64,000 bases of DNA. Origin: the human T2T-CHM13v2.0 reference genome, Homo sapiens. Shown piece after piece: positions 1 to 14,434 of this stretch (positions are counted from its first letter, which is position 1; every line of letters begins with the position of its first letter). A program made the position numbers and the translations under genes. A model generated the notes under the pieces. That model made no database searches. It saw only the letters and a list, made by a program, of their open reading frames with translations, and had not been told where the DNA came from. The stretch lies in NCBI RefSeq assembly GCF_009914755.1, contig NC_060938.1. One strand, 5' to 3'.

Positions 1-839
1 CCAGTGTGAGTTCATTTATATCTATCTCCTCTATTTGGATAACAGTAAAAACATAACAGAGGGAGATGGATTCCATAAATATGACTGTTGAAAATGTTAT
101 AGCTACAGAGGATCTAAGATGTATGTTTGGTAGTTGGACTAATGTATTGTTTGGATCAAATAAAATATGTGTTAGAGAATGCAACTGTTTATTCACAGTA
201 TAGGGGCACAGTTTAGGCCCAGATCAGTCAGGAAGGTGGCAAACTGTTTCACACATTTCCTGCCATGTAAATCAGAAATGTTGTGTAGAACAGAACTTAT
301 ATACAAGCTAAAATAAGTAAACACAAAACAAAAGATAGTGACCAAAATCTTTAGCAAGAAGAGGTGCATCACAAAAGGAAAGAGGAACAGGAATGACCTG
401 ATATGAAACTATAAGGTACCCCTGTAAGAGATATGAATGGAGGCTGCTACAGTAAGTCTAAGGCCAACAATGTAGAGAGAAACAGATGAATTTTTTCTTT
501 GTATTGTTAAATTAAAATGCAAACATTCGAGCTTCCCAGCTTCCACATCAAAGTAGAAAAAAAAAGAAATTTGATTAGAAATGTTTGTCTAGCTTTTATG
601 AAGGATGACAGAAAAAATTATTGTTTCTCAAAGCAGTTTTTCTAAAAGTACATTTGTAAAATGGACAATGTGCCTCAAGTTACAAAAAATTATTTTATTA
701 TTCTCTGTGTAAATATGTTTCCCATGAGTACATTTAATGATGTTTAGACTAACAATTTTGTTTAAATTTTAAGTTAATAAGATAAACTTTGAAACTGGGA
801 AAAAAACAAATAGCAAAGTTAGCATAATTTTAGTGCCAG

Positions 840-1055
840 TGGTTGCACAGGAGATCCTGATTCTCCAGCTTCTCAGTCATGGCAAAAGGAACAACAGTCT
901 CAGCTCTGTCGTTTTTCTGGAGGAGTTCTAGCAATCATTTAGAAGATCAGCCCAAGACCTGCTCCACCAACTCTCCAATCGTGTAAGAAACTAATTCTAT
1001 ATATTAAATTTTGTTTGCCTATATTACCTAAAGATTTATTCTTATAATCTATAAT
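840..1055 (+). mobile_element. Degraded ERVL-type LTR 3' portion (LTR33/LTR41-like)
   Basis: 'gtgtaagaaactaattctatatattaaattttgtttgcctatattacctaaag' resembles the polyA-signal/U5 end of old ERVL LTRs; boundaries approximate. Confidence 0.35.
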
Positions 1056-1198
1056 GGAAAATTGAAATATTGAGTATGCTGATGAAAAAGATTACATTTT
1101 CTTAAACAAATGTTCACTCCTAAATGACAAATTCAATTATAGTAACAAATTTAGGTAGGCATAAAAAGAGAAAAGTGAAAATACAATTGAAAAATTGA

Positions 1199-1566
<368 letters not shown>

Positions 1567-1738
1567 TTATAATGTATAATTAACTCAAGGATTAATATTA
1601 TTTGACACAATTTTGAGCATACTAAAAGGTAACTGGATTTTATAATCTAATTAAAAAGTCAAATAAGTAAATACAATGAGTATTACCTTTATAAATACTT
1701 TAAGACGCATTCGAGTATATGCTATAATGGAAATATTC

Positions 1739-2048
1739 GGCCGGGCGCAGTGACTCACGCCTGTAATCCCAGCACTTTGGGAGGCCGAGGCGGGTGGATC
1801 ACGAGGTCAGGAGGTTGAGACCATCCTGGTTAACATGGTGAAACCCCGTCTCTACTCAAAATACAAAAAAAATTAGCCGGGTGTGGTGGCAGGCGCCTGT
1901 AGTCCCAGCTACTCAGGAGGCTGAGGCAGGAGAATGGTGTGAACCCAGGAGGCGGAGCTTGCAGTGAGCCGAGATTGCGCTGCTGCACTCCAGCCTGAGC
2001 AACAGAGCGAGACTCCGTCTCAAAAAATAAATAAATAAATAAATAAAT
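1739..2048 (+). mobile_element. Full-length AluY
   Basis: GGCCGGGCGC start, GGATCACGAGGTCAGGAG, GGCGGAGCTTGCAGTGAG, (AAAT)n tail. Confidence 0.93.
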
Positions 2049-2143
2049 TAGTAAATTTTGCATAAGTAAATTATACCTCAGTAAATCTGGCTAAAATACA
2101 ATGTAAATATGTGTATCAACCACCATTAATTTAAAAATTCTAG

Positions 2144-2426
2144 GGCCAGGCATGATGGCTTATACCTGTAATCCTATCACTTTGGGAGGCTGAGGTGGGA
2201 GGATCCCTTGAGCCCAGGAGTTCAAGACAAGCCTGGGTAACAGGGAGAGCCTCATCTCTATAGAAAATTTAAAAATTTAATTAGCCTATCATGGTGGCTC
2301 ACACCTGTAATCCCAGATACTTGGGAGGCTTTTTTGAGGTTATAGTGAGTTATGATCCAGCTACTGTACTCCAGCCTGGTGACAGAATGGCATCTTCTCT
2401 CTATAAAAATAAAAATAAAAATAAAA
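2144..2426 (+). mobile_element. Old AluJ with internal deletion in the right arm
   Basis: GGGAGGATCCCTTGAGCCCAGGAGTTCAAG (J-type left arm); right arm jumps from GGGAGGCT to GAGGTTATAGTGAG; (TAAAAA)n tail. Confidence 0.85.
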
Positions 2427-2859
2427 TCTATGACATTTAACTGATTACTTATTTAATCAATTAATTGGAATAAATGATATCCTGATTATGACATTTCAAT
2501 AGACATATTATTATTTATTTTAATATTTGAATAGAGTAAATAAAGACCTATTTTTCTTTCAATTTGTCATTTATTTTATGTTGCTTTGAATAGAAAACTA
2601 ATGCTGCAATTGTGTACACCATTAAATCATTAGGTTCTAATTTCCTTGATCTATTACGAAAAGTGATTTTCAATTTGAATATCAAGGGCATTATTTGCAG
2701 AATATTGTTATTCTGCAAATATATTCTGCAAATACATTCTGTAATATTTAAATATCATAATCAAGCAAACTCTTAAATGTGACACCTGAAACAATTATAG
2801 GCAAAGAAAATACTAGTAATATAGCTCACAGATAAAGCTTATTTAGTATAAAGTATGCA

Positions 2860-3603
2860 AGGAACTTCGGATTCAGAAAATATGGCACAGATCCATGTTT
2901 TTCCCGCCTCTTTTTGTTATGCACAACTATATATTTTGAAAATGACACATGTGACTAACATGAAAAAGCTCTAAGAGATGGAGGTAAACAGAAGAGTTAG
3001 TTTGATATGCAAGGAATGGTGAAACAGCACAACAGCAAGGCATCTTGTGTATCCTCACTGGACAGAAGAAGGCCTTCAGACTTATTTTTCCTAATCCCCC
3101 AATCTAGCAACAGAAGATACCTCAAGTAAGCTCCTTCCTCCCTTGGATCAATCAGGAGCCGCTAGCTTGAGACACCCACCACCATCCAGGAGAAGCAGCT
3201 AGGAGAAACGCTAAGAGAGGTGCTCTCCTTCCCAGTACAGCTTGAGGCTTCCTTTGCTACCAGGAAGCACAAAGGTGGAAAAATAGAACCAGGAAGAGGG
3301 ACCTAGTAGAGAAAGTGGCCTGGCCTAAGAAGCTGCTTTGTCCCTGCAGGCCTAAGACGCTCTTCCCAATGACCCCAGAGTAGCCAGGGGACATTGGTTG
3401 GGGGATTCTACCACACCCCTCACCACATACCTCAGACACCTGGTAGCCTAACCTGGAGAAACTGCTTCCACTGCCATAGGCAGCACTAACAGGGAGCAGT
3501 GGAATTCCCAGCAGCACCGTATTAATCAAAGAGTCTGAAATCACAATGCAAAAGCTCTAAACATTAAGTTGGTATTGAAACTACAGCCAAAACAATTGGC
3601 CAG
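2860..3603 (+). mobile_element. Old L1M 5' UTR-like segment (host of the ERV insertion)
   Basis: Starts 'ggaacttcggattcagaaaatatggc', resembling old L1 5' ends; continues across the ERV TSD into clear L1 ORF1 sequence at 11720. Confidence 0.45.
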
Positions 3604-4382
<779 letters not shown>

Positions 4383-5489
4383 AAATGCGTCCAGCAAGCA
4401 GGGCCCCATCTAATGTAATCATAGCTTATTTGAGAAGCAGGAGGGGTGATACTTCCTAGTACCCAGCCCAGGGGAAAGACGGCAGCCTGGGGGCATGGGG
4501 ATTGAATATTTTCAGAAGAAGGAAGGGTGATAAGTGGGATGTAGGTCTGCCACTTCCCACAGATGTGAATGAGATGGCTGCATGGATCAAGGCAAACAAA
4601 AGGCAAAGAGGAAATAGAGGAGCATAGGTTCCTTGGTTGGGGATATTTATTTAATTACCCTGTCATTCATGGGGGCAGAGAGTGAGGGAAGTGTGTACTC
4701 AACCAGACACTAAGGCACCTGAGAGAGAAAGAAGAAAGGGGTCCTCAGATCTTCCTTGAGGCATCTGAGAAGGAATCAATACATGTGATAAAGGCCTTCA
4801 CAGAAAGGGAGACTCATTATCTAAAGGACAGATATAGAGAAAGGCCAGGTATATTTCTTTGATGAAAGGACATTGCAAATCCAATGTCTTGGGCTGAATG
4901 GCAGAGTCAGAAATGGGACCAAGGTCTCAGGGTCCCCAAATGGAGGCCAAAGGCCTTATATTTCTGTCAAGGTAAGAGGAGAAAAGAAAGAAATTCAGAC
5001 TTTTTTTTTTGATACATGAGTCCACATAATATTTCCAGGTCCTCTTAGGGAGAAAAACTGGTGACACTGGAAGGTTTTAGAATGAATGCATTGACCAGTA
5101 GTGCTTATCTACCTGTGATGTGGCTTTGGTCCATATTGGATGTCAGTGACCATGGTTCTCACTTGTGAGTGCATTATTGGCATTGACCCCCCGACTTCTT
5201 GTAGCACAAAAATCACCATTGCCTAAGGGGACATACTCTTTGACAACTCAGAATTCAAGCCATAACAGTGGGGCATATCCTGCCTAAAGGACCCACCTAA
5301 ACTACCCAAGCCCCAATGTATTATTTAACAAAAGCAATACTACATGGTAAGTGGAGAATAGGACATTACTTTATTATTTCAGGACTACAACAAACTATCC
5401 CTTTTAAGCAACCTGTAAGGATCCATTGGATTCTCCTGTGGTGACCTGGGGCCCAGGACTCAGAGACATGCTTACTGATAGCATGGCAT

Positions 5490-5883
5490 TGTCATGCATC
5501 AGTGCATCAGTGTGAAGAGACCACCAAACAGGCTTTTTGTGAGCAACAAGACTGTTTATTTCACCTGGGTGCAGGCAGGCTGAATCCAAAAAGAGAGTCA
5601 GTGAAGGAAGATGGGGTGGGGCCGTTTTATAGGATTTGGGTAGGTAGTGGAAAATTACAGTCAAAGGGGGTTATTCTCTGGCAGGCAGGGGTGGGGGTCA
5701 CAAGGTGCTCAGTGGGGGAGCTTCTGAGCCAGGAGAAGGAATTTCACAAAGTAATGTCATCAGTTAAGACAGGAGCCAGCCATTTTCACTTCTTTTGATT
5801 CTTCACTTGTTTCAGGCCATCTGGATGTATACGTGCAGGTCACAGGAGATACGATGGCTTAGCTTGGGCTCAGAGGCCTGACA
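5490..5883 (-). repeat. HERV-H 3' LTR (LTR7 family)
   Basis: Minus strand TGTCAGGCCTCTGAGCCCAAGCTAAGCC...TGACA, preceded by PPT AAGAAGACAGGAA. Confidence 0.95.
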
Positions 5884-7946
5884 TTCCTGTCTTCTTATAT
5901 TAATAAGAAAAATAAAACAAAATAGTGTTGAAGTGTTGGGGTGGTGAAAATTTTGGGGGGTGCTATGGAGAGATAATGGGTGATGTTTCTCAGGGCTGCT
6001 TCGAGCGGGATTAGGGGAGGCATGGGAACCTAGAGTGGGAGAGATTAAGCTGAAGGAAGATTTTGTGGTAAGAATTGTGGGGTTGTTAAGAGGAGCATTT
6101 GTCATATGGAATGATTGGTAATGGCCTGGATGCGGTTTTGTATGAATTGAGAAACTAAACGGAAGACACAAGGTGTGAATAAGTGAAGGAGAAAAACAGG
6201 TATTAAATGACTAAGAATTGGGAGGACCCAGGACATCCAATTAGAGAGTGCTCAAGGGGGTTCAGCAGAATTACTTGTTTGGTTGGTGAGTTTTGGGGCT
6301 CTATCCTTGACAGAGTCCTCTTTTTTGTTTTAAGTTGGAGGCTGAGCTTGGTGAGGTGTATTTTTAAAAGACAATTAGTCCGTTCTACCATTCCTGAAGA
6401 TTCAGGATGGTAAGGGGTATAAAGGTTTTACTGAATACCAAGAGCCTAAGAAACTGCTTGGGGGATTTGACTAATAAAGGCTGGTCCGTTATCAGACTGT
6501 ATAGAGGAGGGAAGGCCAAACCAAAGAATTGTGTCTGACAGAAGGGAAGAAATCATCGTGGTGGCCTTCTCAGACCCTGCGGGAAAGGCCTCTACCCATC
6601 CAGTGAAAGTGTCTACCCAGACCAAGAAATATTTCAGTTTCCTGACTCAGAGCATGTGAGTAAAGTCAATTTGCCAGTCCTGGGTGGGGGCTAATCCCTG
6701 AGCTTGATGTGTAGGGAAGGGAGGGGGCCTGAATAATCCCTGAGGAGTAGTAGAATAGCAGATGGAACACTGAGAAGTGATTTTTTGAGGATAGATTTCC
6801 ACAATGGAAAGGAAATGAGAGGTTCTAAGAGGTGGGCTAGCAGCTTGTAACCTACATGGAAGAGGTTATGCAATGATGACAGAATAGAATGGGCCTGTGA
6901 GGCTGGAAGGAGATATTTTCCTTGGTCAAAGAACCATTTGCCTTGTGTGGGAAGAGATTGATAGGTGGAAGTTTCAGTCGGTGAGTAGGTGGGAGTGACC
7001 AATTAGAAGGAGAAAAACTGGCCGTGAGGGACAGAAGTTGGAATGCTAGCTGCTTCTTTAGCTATTTTATCAGCATAAGCATTGCCCTGAGCAATGGGAT
7101 CTGATACCTTTTGATGGCCTTTGCAGTGAATGACTCCAGCTTCCTTTGGAAGTAAAGTGGCCTTGAGAAGAGCTTTTATTAAAGAGGCATTAATGATGGA
7201 GGACCCTTGCGCAGTGAGGAAACCTCTTTCTGCCCATATAATGGTATGGTGGCATAGGATATGGAAGGCATATTTAGAGTCAGTTTAAATATTGATGTGT
7301 AGTCCCTTTGCAAGAGTGACGCTCGAGTTAAGGCAATGAATTTGGCTTGCTGAGATGTAGGGGAGTGGGGCAGAGCGGTAGCCTCAATGATAGATGTGGA
7401 AGATACTATAGCATAGCCTGCCTTTGCTGGTGAGTGGCAATTAGGCCTGGTGGAACTGTCATTGATAAACCAAGTGTGATCAGGGTGAGGAACAGGAAAG
7501 AATGAAATATGGGGAAACGGAGTGAATGTCAGGTGGATCAGAGAGATACAGCCATGGGGGTCAGGTGTGATATCCGGAATAATGTGGGAGGCCAGATTGA
7601 AGTCCGGGCCAGGAACAACGGTAATTGTGGGAGACTCAGCAAAGAGTGAGTACAATTGAAGGAGCCGGGGAGCAGAAAGTATATGCATCAGGTGTGAGGA
7701 AGAAAATAGATTTTGGAAGTTATGAGAACTGTAGAGAGTGAGTTGAGCACAGTTTGTGATTTTTAGGGCCTCTAAAAGCATTAGGGTGATGGCAACTGCT
7801 GCACGGAGACATGATGGCCAGAGCAGATCCTGAACTAACCTGTAAGACTTGTCTGGTGTTTGAATAGGTAAAATGGGAGAATTGTAAGGAGAGTTTATAG
7901 GTTTTACAAGCCCATGCTGTAGCAGGGGGTGATAACAGGCACCAAA

Positions 7947-8336
7947 TGTCACACACGTCCATGTGAAGAGACCACCAAACAGACACTGCATGAGCAATAA
8001 GGCTGTTTATTTCACCTGGGTGCAGGCGGGCTGAGTCTGAAAAGAGAGTCAGTGAAGGGAGATGGGGTGGGGCCGTTTTATAGGATTTGGGTAGGTAGTG
8101 GAAAATTATAGTCAAAGAGGATTGTTCTCCGGCGGGCAGGGGCGGGGGTCACAAGGTGCTCAGTGGGGGAGCTTCTGAGCCAGGAGAAGGAATTTCACAA
8201 AGTAATGTCATCAGTTAAGGCAGGAACCAGCCATTTTCACTTCTTTTGTGATTCTTCACTTGCTTCAGGCCACCTGGATGTATACGTGCAGGTCACAGGG
8301 GATATGATGGTTTAGCTTGGGCTCAGAAGCCTGACA
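7947..8336 (-). repeat. HERV-H 5' LTR (LTR7 family)
   Basis: Homologous to 5490-5883 (roughly 8-10% different by eye), followed on the minus strand by TTTGGTGCC (start of the His PBS). Confidence 0.95.
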
Positions 8337-10025
8337 GGCATGGTTTACTGATAGCTCTGCCAGACAACATGCACTGGACCACCATTCAGCCACTGGATGG
8401 CTATCTTTTGACTGAGACTGGACATGGGCATTCTACCCAATGGGCCAAACTAAATGCAGTGATGATGGCCATGCAGGCTACCTCTGTCGCATATCTTGCT
8501 ATATTTTCAGTGACTTATGGGCCATTGCCAAAAGCCTAGCCATCTGATCAGGACAATGGCAATGGAAGGATTGGACTGTTAGAGGATATCCATGTGAGGA
8601 CAAGGACTAAGAAAAACAGCTTGTTGTCTGAAAAAGACAAATATATGTCAATCATATGGGTGCTGAGGTAACTATAGCCACACTTGAGAGGAATTTCTGC
8701 CATCCTTTTACATAGCCCATGGGATTTTACCTGGACCAAGGAATATTTTTTGCTATTCAAGCAACTAGATAATGGGTACACATTAGTGAAAAAAGATGGG
8801 CTTTTTAAATACATTGCCATCCTCAGGCTAATAGAGTTATTGAATAATGGAACTCACAAAACAACTGAAGAAAGAACATCAAGATGTCCTGCTAGTGAGG
8901 GGGTAGCCCATCTGACTAGGGCAATAGGAACACTAAACACTATGCACCAATGCAAAGGAAACAGCACTGCAGTGCATATTGAGGGACACTGAGCTTGGTT
9001 GGGGTGGAGGTGGATGAGAAACCCACCTGACTAGGCTGTCTGTGCCTGTAAAGTCTCAGTCTTTCTCAACCATTCTTTTTCCTTTTCCCCTATAGAGTAC
9101 ATGTCCTGGGGATGAATTGCAGTTCAGGGTGCCATAGTACTCCAGAGAGGCCACGCTGTCTCTAATCTGGAGTTTATACTTCCCTTGGGTACCTCCCCTA
9201 TAAGGGGATTCCACAGGGGTGGAGCACAGGACTAAGGAATGACAGACTGCTAGAATCCCTCTAATGATGCTGGATACCTCTGATCCTTCCATTTGGGTGG
9301 ATGATGTTATGAAATATGCCAACTTTGTACTGGAGTGGATGATTGAGGCAGAAAGGTTTGAGTCAAGCAACAAGGGCAATGGGTGTCTGCAGAAGTAGCT
9401 TGGGACTAAAACAGAGAGACCGGGTTGCTATACCAACTCAGCCTAATTCTTATCCAATAGGTAGAGAACATCTGAGACCCTGGAAAGGGTGAGAGGTGGG
9501 CATTAAACTGTCAGTCTGCTTTTCCACAAGGATGGGGCATTATAGGCCTGTGAGCATAATGCCTTAGTGGCCTCTTCCAAAGTGCCATGGTTACACCATG
9601 GGTAACCTGACAAAGTGCTGGATGCTCCATCCACGACCTTGTTCTCTCATTGACTAGAATGATCCTTTCATCTTGCCAGTGGTTAACTACTCTAGCACTC
9701 CTAATACCACAGAGTACAGTAATGGACCTTAAGTCCTAGCTTACTGAGTGAGGACCTAGCACATGCCACATAGGAAGAATTCAAAGGTGCTATCTTTTAA
9801 CTTAAATAACTTTGTGGAAAAATGTCATGACCACAACTAACGAATCTTTGGTGGGCAGGTGCTTTGATGCACCAGGCTCCTTTAATTACAAAGATGTGTG
9901 TTCATGATGATGAAGAGAACAAGTATCGGAGAGTGCTAGCCCTCTGCGTAGAGGCTTTAGGATTGTATGGGGTAAACTGTATGAGGAAAACTCAGGCAAC
10001 TACTGCCATCAATGAGACTTAGCTA

Positions 10026-11080
<1,055 letters not shown>

Positions 11081-11215
11081 TCACTGAGACAGAGTCAGCC
11101 AAGGTGTTACATTGATCTGACAAGACAAACCTCCACCTCCAGATCTGGAGAGGTCAATGGGCATATGAAATACACCACCTTTTCTAAGGGAAATATCTTG
11201 GTTGGAGCAGGAGAC

Positions 11216-11719
11216 TGCAGGTCAACTTTCCAGGTGTCCTTGGACTGACCCAATTATCCCCTCTTTCTTGCTTGCAGTTGTCAAGAGCAACTGTAGTATA
11301 TGCTGAGAATGCAATATCCTGAGACATGGAAGAACTGCCTGAAACAGCCTAGGCCTTGTTACTCTCTCCCTTGACAGAGAATGTTCTTCAAAACTTTAGG
11401 CCATAGTTTCCCATTGGTCCTGAGGTGTGTAACCTAAGGCAAGCTGTCTTGTGGGGTCCCTCAACTGTGGTACAAGTGGGGCATGCACAATCACTGCATC
11501 CACCTCAGGCACTTCACATGCACTCCATCCACTTCAGGCAACTTTGTTGAGCCTTGGGCTACTGGCTCATAATGGACCGGCTCACATAGGTACCTGTTGT
11601 CTCTTGCTGTTTGTCTGTAAATCATACATCTGCCTTATGTAATTTGTTGCATATGAGTGTGTTCTGTTTAACTGAACTCAGACAAGCTAGTAAATAGTAC
11701 ACAGTGTACCTGCCCCACA
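11216..11719 (+). repeat. 3' LTR of the class III ERV
   Basis: TGCAGGTCAACTTTCCAGG...TGCCCCACA, homologous to the 5' LTR; small internal duplication at ~11492-11540. Confidence 0.85.
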
Positions 11720-12466
11720 CCCAGGATGTACATGCTAAAGCTAAACAGTGTGACTGCCTGCCAAAAGGAACAGTTTAAATAGAGCTCACAATTGTCTGCC
11801 ATGATAGACAAAATGTCCAGAATATAATTACAAATCACCGATCATACAAAGAACCAAGAAAATAACAATTTGAGTGAAAAAAGACAGTTAACTGACACCA
11901 ACACCAAAACGCATCAGATGTTGGAATCATCTGAATATGATTTTAAAATATCTAGCAAAAATGTTTCAACATCAAATAGAAATTATCTTAAAATATATAA
12001 CAAAATCACAAAATATTAACCAAACTTGAGTTGTAAAAAAACAACAACAAAAAGAACTAAATGTAAATTATAAAAGCAAACAAACACGGTAACAGAAATG
12101 AAAAATGTGTTGGATGGAGTCAATAGCGCCATTGAGATGCGAGAAGGTAAAATCAGTGAATGTGAGGGCAGAATAGTAGAATTTAACCAATTTGAACAAC
12201 ATAAATAAAATAGACTGATACATAAAATGAACACAGATGTAGGTATGTGTGAGGCAACAACAAAGATCCAACATTTTTATTACGTGTACCAGAAAAGAAG
12301 TAAAATGAGGCTGAAAGAATACTTGAAGAAATAGTGCTTCAAAAAAACCTCAAATTTGCAGAAGACACAAATGTATAGATTCAAGAAGCCTAAGATACCC
12401 TACACGGAATAAACACATTTCAAGAAACATTTCGATTAAACTTTTAAAAACTAAAGACAAAATATT
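11720..12466 (+). mobile_element. Old L1M ORF1 region (host L1, part 2)
   Basis: A-rich L1 ORF1-like text: 'cagatgttggaatcatctga', 'aaaatcagtgaa...gggcagaatagtaga', 'tatagattcaagaagc'. Confidence 0.8.
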
Positions 12467-12471
12467 TTTAT

Positions 12472-12969
12472 TTGGTAGTTTAGAAACATAAATCTATCAT
12501 TTTAAAATTATAAAGGTCAGAAGTCTTAAATGGTTTTCATTAGGCTAAAATCAAGGTGTCAGCAGCGCTGCTTTCCTTCTGGGGACTCTAAAGGAGAATA
12601 CATGTTCTTGCCTTTTCCAGCTTCTAGGGGCTGTCTTCATTTCTTGTCTCTTGTCTGCTTTCCCCATTCCTTGTCTCTTGGTTCTTTCCTCCAGTACAAT
12701 TAACAATGTAGTATCTTTAAATATTTTCTACCACACTCTTCCACATTTAAAGGATCCTTGTGATTAAATTGGCCCCCCCTAGATAATCAAGTATGATCTC
12801 TTATTTTAAGTTCTGCTGTTTAGTAAGCTTAATGTCATGTGCAACCTTAATACTTTCTTGCATTGTAACATCATATATTCTTATATAACATAGCATATCC
12901 TTCCTGACATGGAGAATAGGACAGAGACTGTCTTGTGGGGGGTGGGGGGGCATTATTCTGCTTATCACA
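12472..12969 (-). mobile_element. MaLR LTR (MLT1D/E-like), truncated just after its polyA signal
   Basis: Minus strand starts TGTGATAAGCAGAATAATGCCCC; contains 'ggctaaaatcaaggtgtcagcag' and 'ccttttccagcttctagggg'; terminal U5 missing. Confidence 0.8.
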
Positions 12970-13079
12970 GTTAGCAAACAAAGATTTTGTGCCATGAAAA
13001 CATGGAGGAAATACCCTTATCCTTATTTTTCTTCAGTCTTTCTCATCAAATAGATCTTTAGATCCAAAAGAGAAGACTC

Positions 13080-13460
13080 AACATTGCTTTTAATTAAATC
13101 TCAAGATGAACGAAGAGGCACTATGAGCTCTGGGCCCTAGTATTGGAGTAGAACTCACTCCAAAACAATAAGAAAGTTTAGGAAAGAGATTTTTAAGTTT
13201 CTCTATATATCTTTGAGGATTATGGAGAATAGTAAAAGTTTTAGAAGACAAGAAATGGGCAGTGTACTAGTTTTTTAAAGGAAGATAGAGCTCATAAACT
13301 ATAGGTGAATGAGTTTGACATTACTTCTGGAAGCAATTTTAAGAAGCATGAAAACAATATTTTACAAGCACTTAAAAGAACGCTTTGCAATCATGAAACA
13401 ACATGGGCACACCGAGAAGAAATTGTATCAGAAAAATGATATTTCTTCCTATTTTTTGAA
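13080..13460 (+). mobile_element. CR1/L3 LINE reverse-transcriptase fragment
   Basis: Degenerate CR1 RT motifs in the expected order: V..FFKG, NYR..SLT..SG.IL, HL, QHG, ISS (compare PIFKKG...NYRPVSLTS.PGKILE...HL...QHGF...NLISF). Confidence 0.6.
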
Positions 13461-13469
13461 TCTTTATCT

Positions 13470-14434
13470 TGTCCTTTTATTGTTAGTTGGCATGCAATAA
13501 TTGTACATATTTATGGAAACAGAGTGATATTTTGATACAGGTGTACAATGCATAATGATCAAATCAGGGTAATTAGCATTTCAAACACCTCAAACATTTA
13601 TCATACTTTTGTGTTGACAACATTCAAAATCCTCTCTTCTAGCTTTTTGAAAATATACCATAAATTATAGTTATTTCCATGCGACCAGCTATAGAGCACT
13701 ACAACAGAACTTATTCCTCCCATATAGCTATAATTTTGTGTCCATTAACCAACCTCCCCTCCCACATCCTTCCCAACATCTAATAACCACAATTCTACCA
13801 TTTACTTTAATGAGCTCAAATTTGTTTAGCTCCTGCATATGGGTAAGGACAGACAGTATTAATTTTTCTGTGTCTGACTTATTCCACTTAACGTAATGTT
13901 CACTAGTCTTATCCATGATTCTGCAAATGACAGAATTTCATTCTTTTTATGGCAGAATAGTATTCATATATATAATATATATATATGAATGTATATACAA
14001 ATTTGGTATGTGTATATACCACATGTTTTATCTATCCATCCATTGATGGATATTTAGCTTAATTCCATATCTTTGTTATTGTGAAGACAGCTGCAATAAA
14101 TATGGAGGTGCAGATGCCTCTTAAGTGTAATGATTTACTTTCCTTTGGATAAACACCTAGTAGTGGGATCACTAGATCATATGGTGTCTCTATTTTTGTT
14201 TTGAGGAACCACCATACAGTTTTTCATAATAAGTGAAATAATTTAACTTACCACCAACAGTGTATGGTAGTCTAATTTTTCATGTCTTACACTTAAATTT
14301 TTAATCCATTTTGAGTCTATTTTTGTATAAGGTGAGTGATAGGAGTTTAGTTTCATTCTTCTGCATATGGATATCCAATTTTTCAAGAAGCATGTATTGG
14401 AGATTGTGTCCTTTCCCCAGTGTAGGTCGTTGAC
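13470..14434 (-). mobile_element. L1MA-type 3' end, 5'-truncated, with an internal deletion near 14270
   Basis: 'ataattgtacatatttatgg...aatgatcaaatcagggtaattagcat', 'cctagtagtgggatcactagatcatatgg', 'ttcattcttctgcatatggatatcc'. Confidence 0.88.

Larger units (their letters stand above)
5490..8336 (-). mobile_element. HERV-H provirus, internally deleted (LTR7-pol remnant-LTR7)
   Basis: Two ~390-bp LTR7-family LTRs; perfect 5-bp TSD GGCAT at 5485-5489 and 8337-8341; RT (LLQHGLVKPINSPYNSPILP...SYRLVQDL), RNase H (HTWFINDSS...AGYAIV) and integrase N-terminal remnants. Confidence 0.95.

Noticed and set aside
7179-7997. 272-aa ORF with Pol similarity
   Set aside because: Chance fusion of LTR, truncated RT and RNase H; no catalytic YXDD region, so not a functional gene
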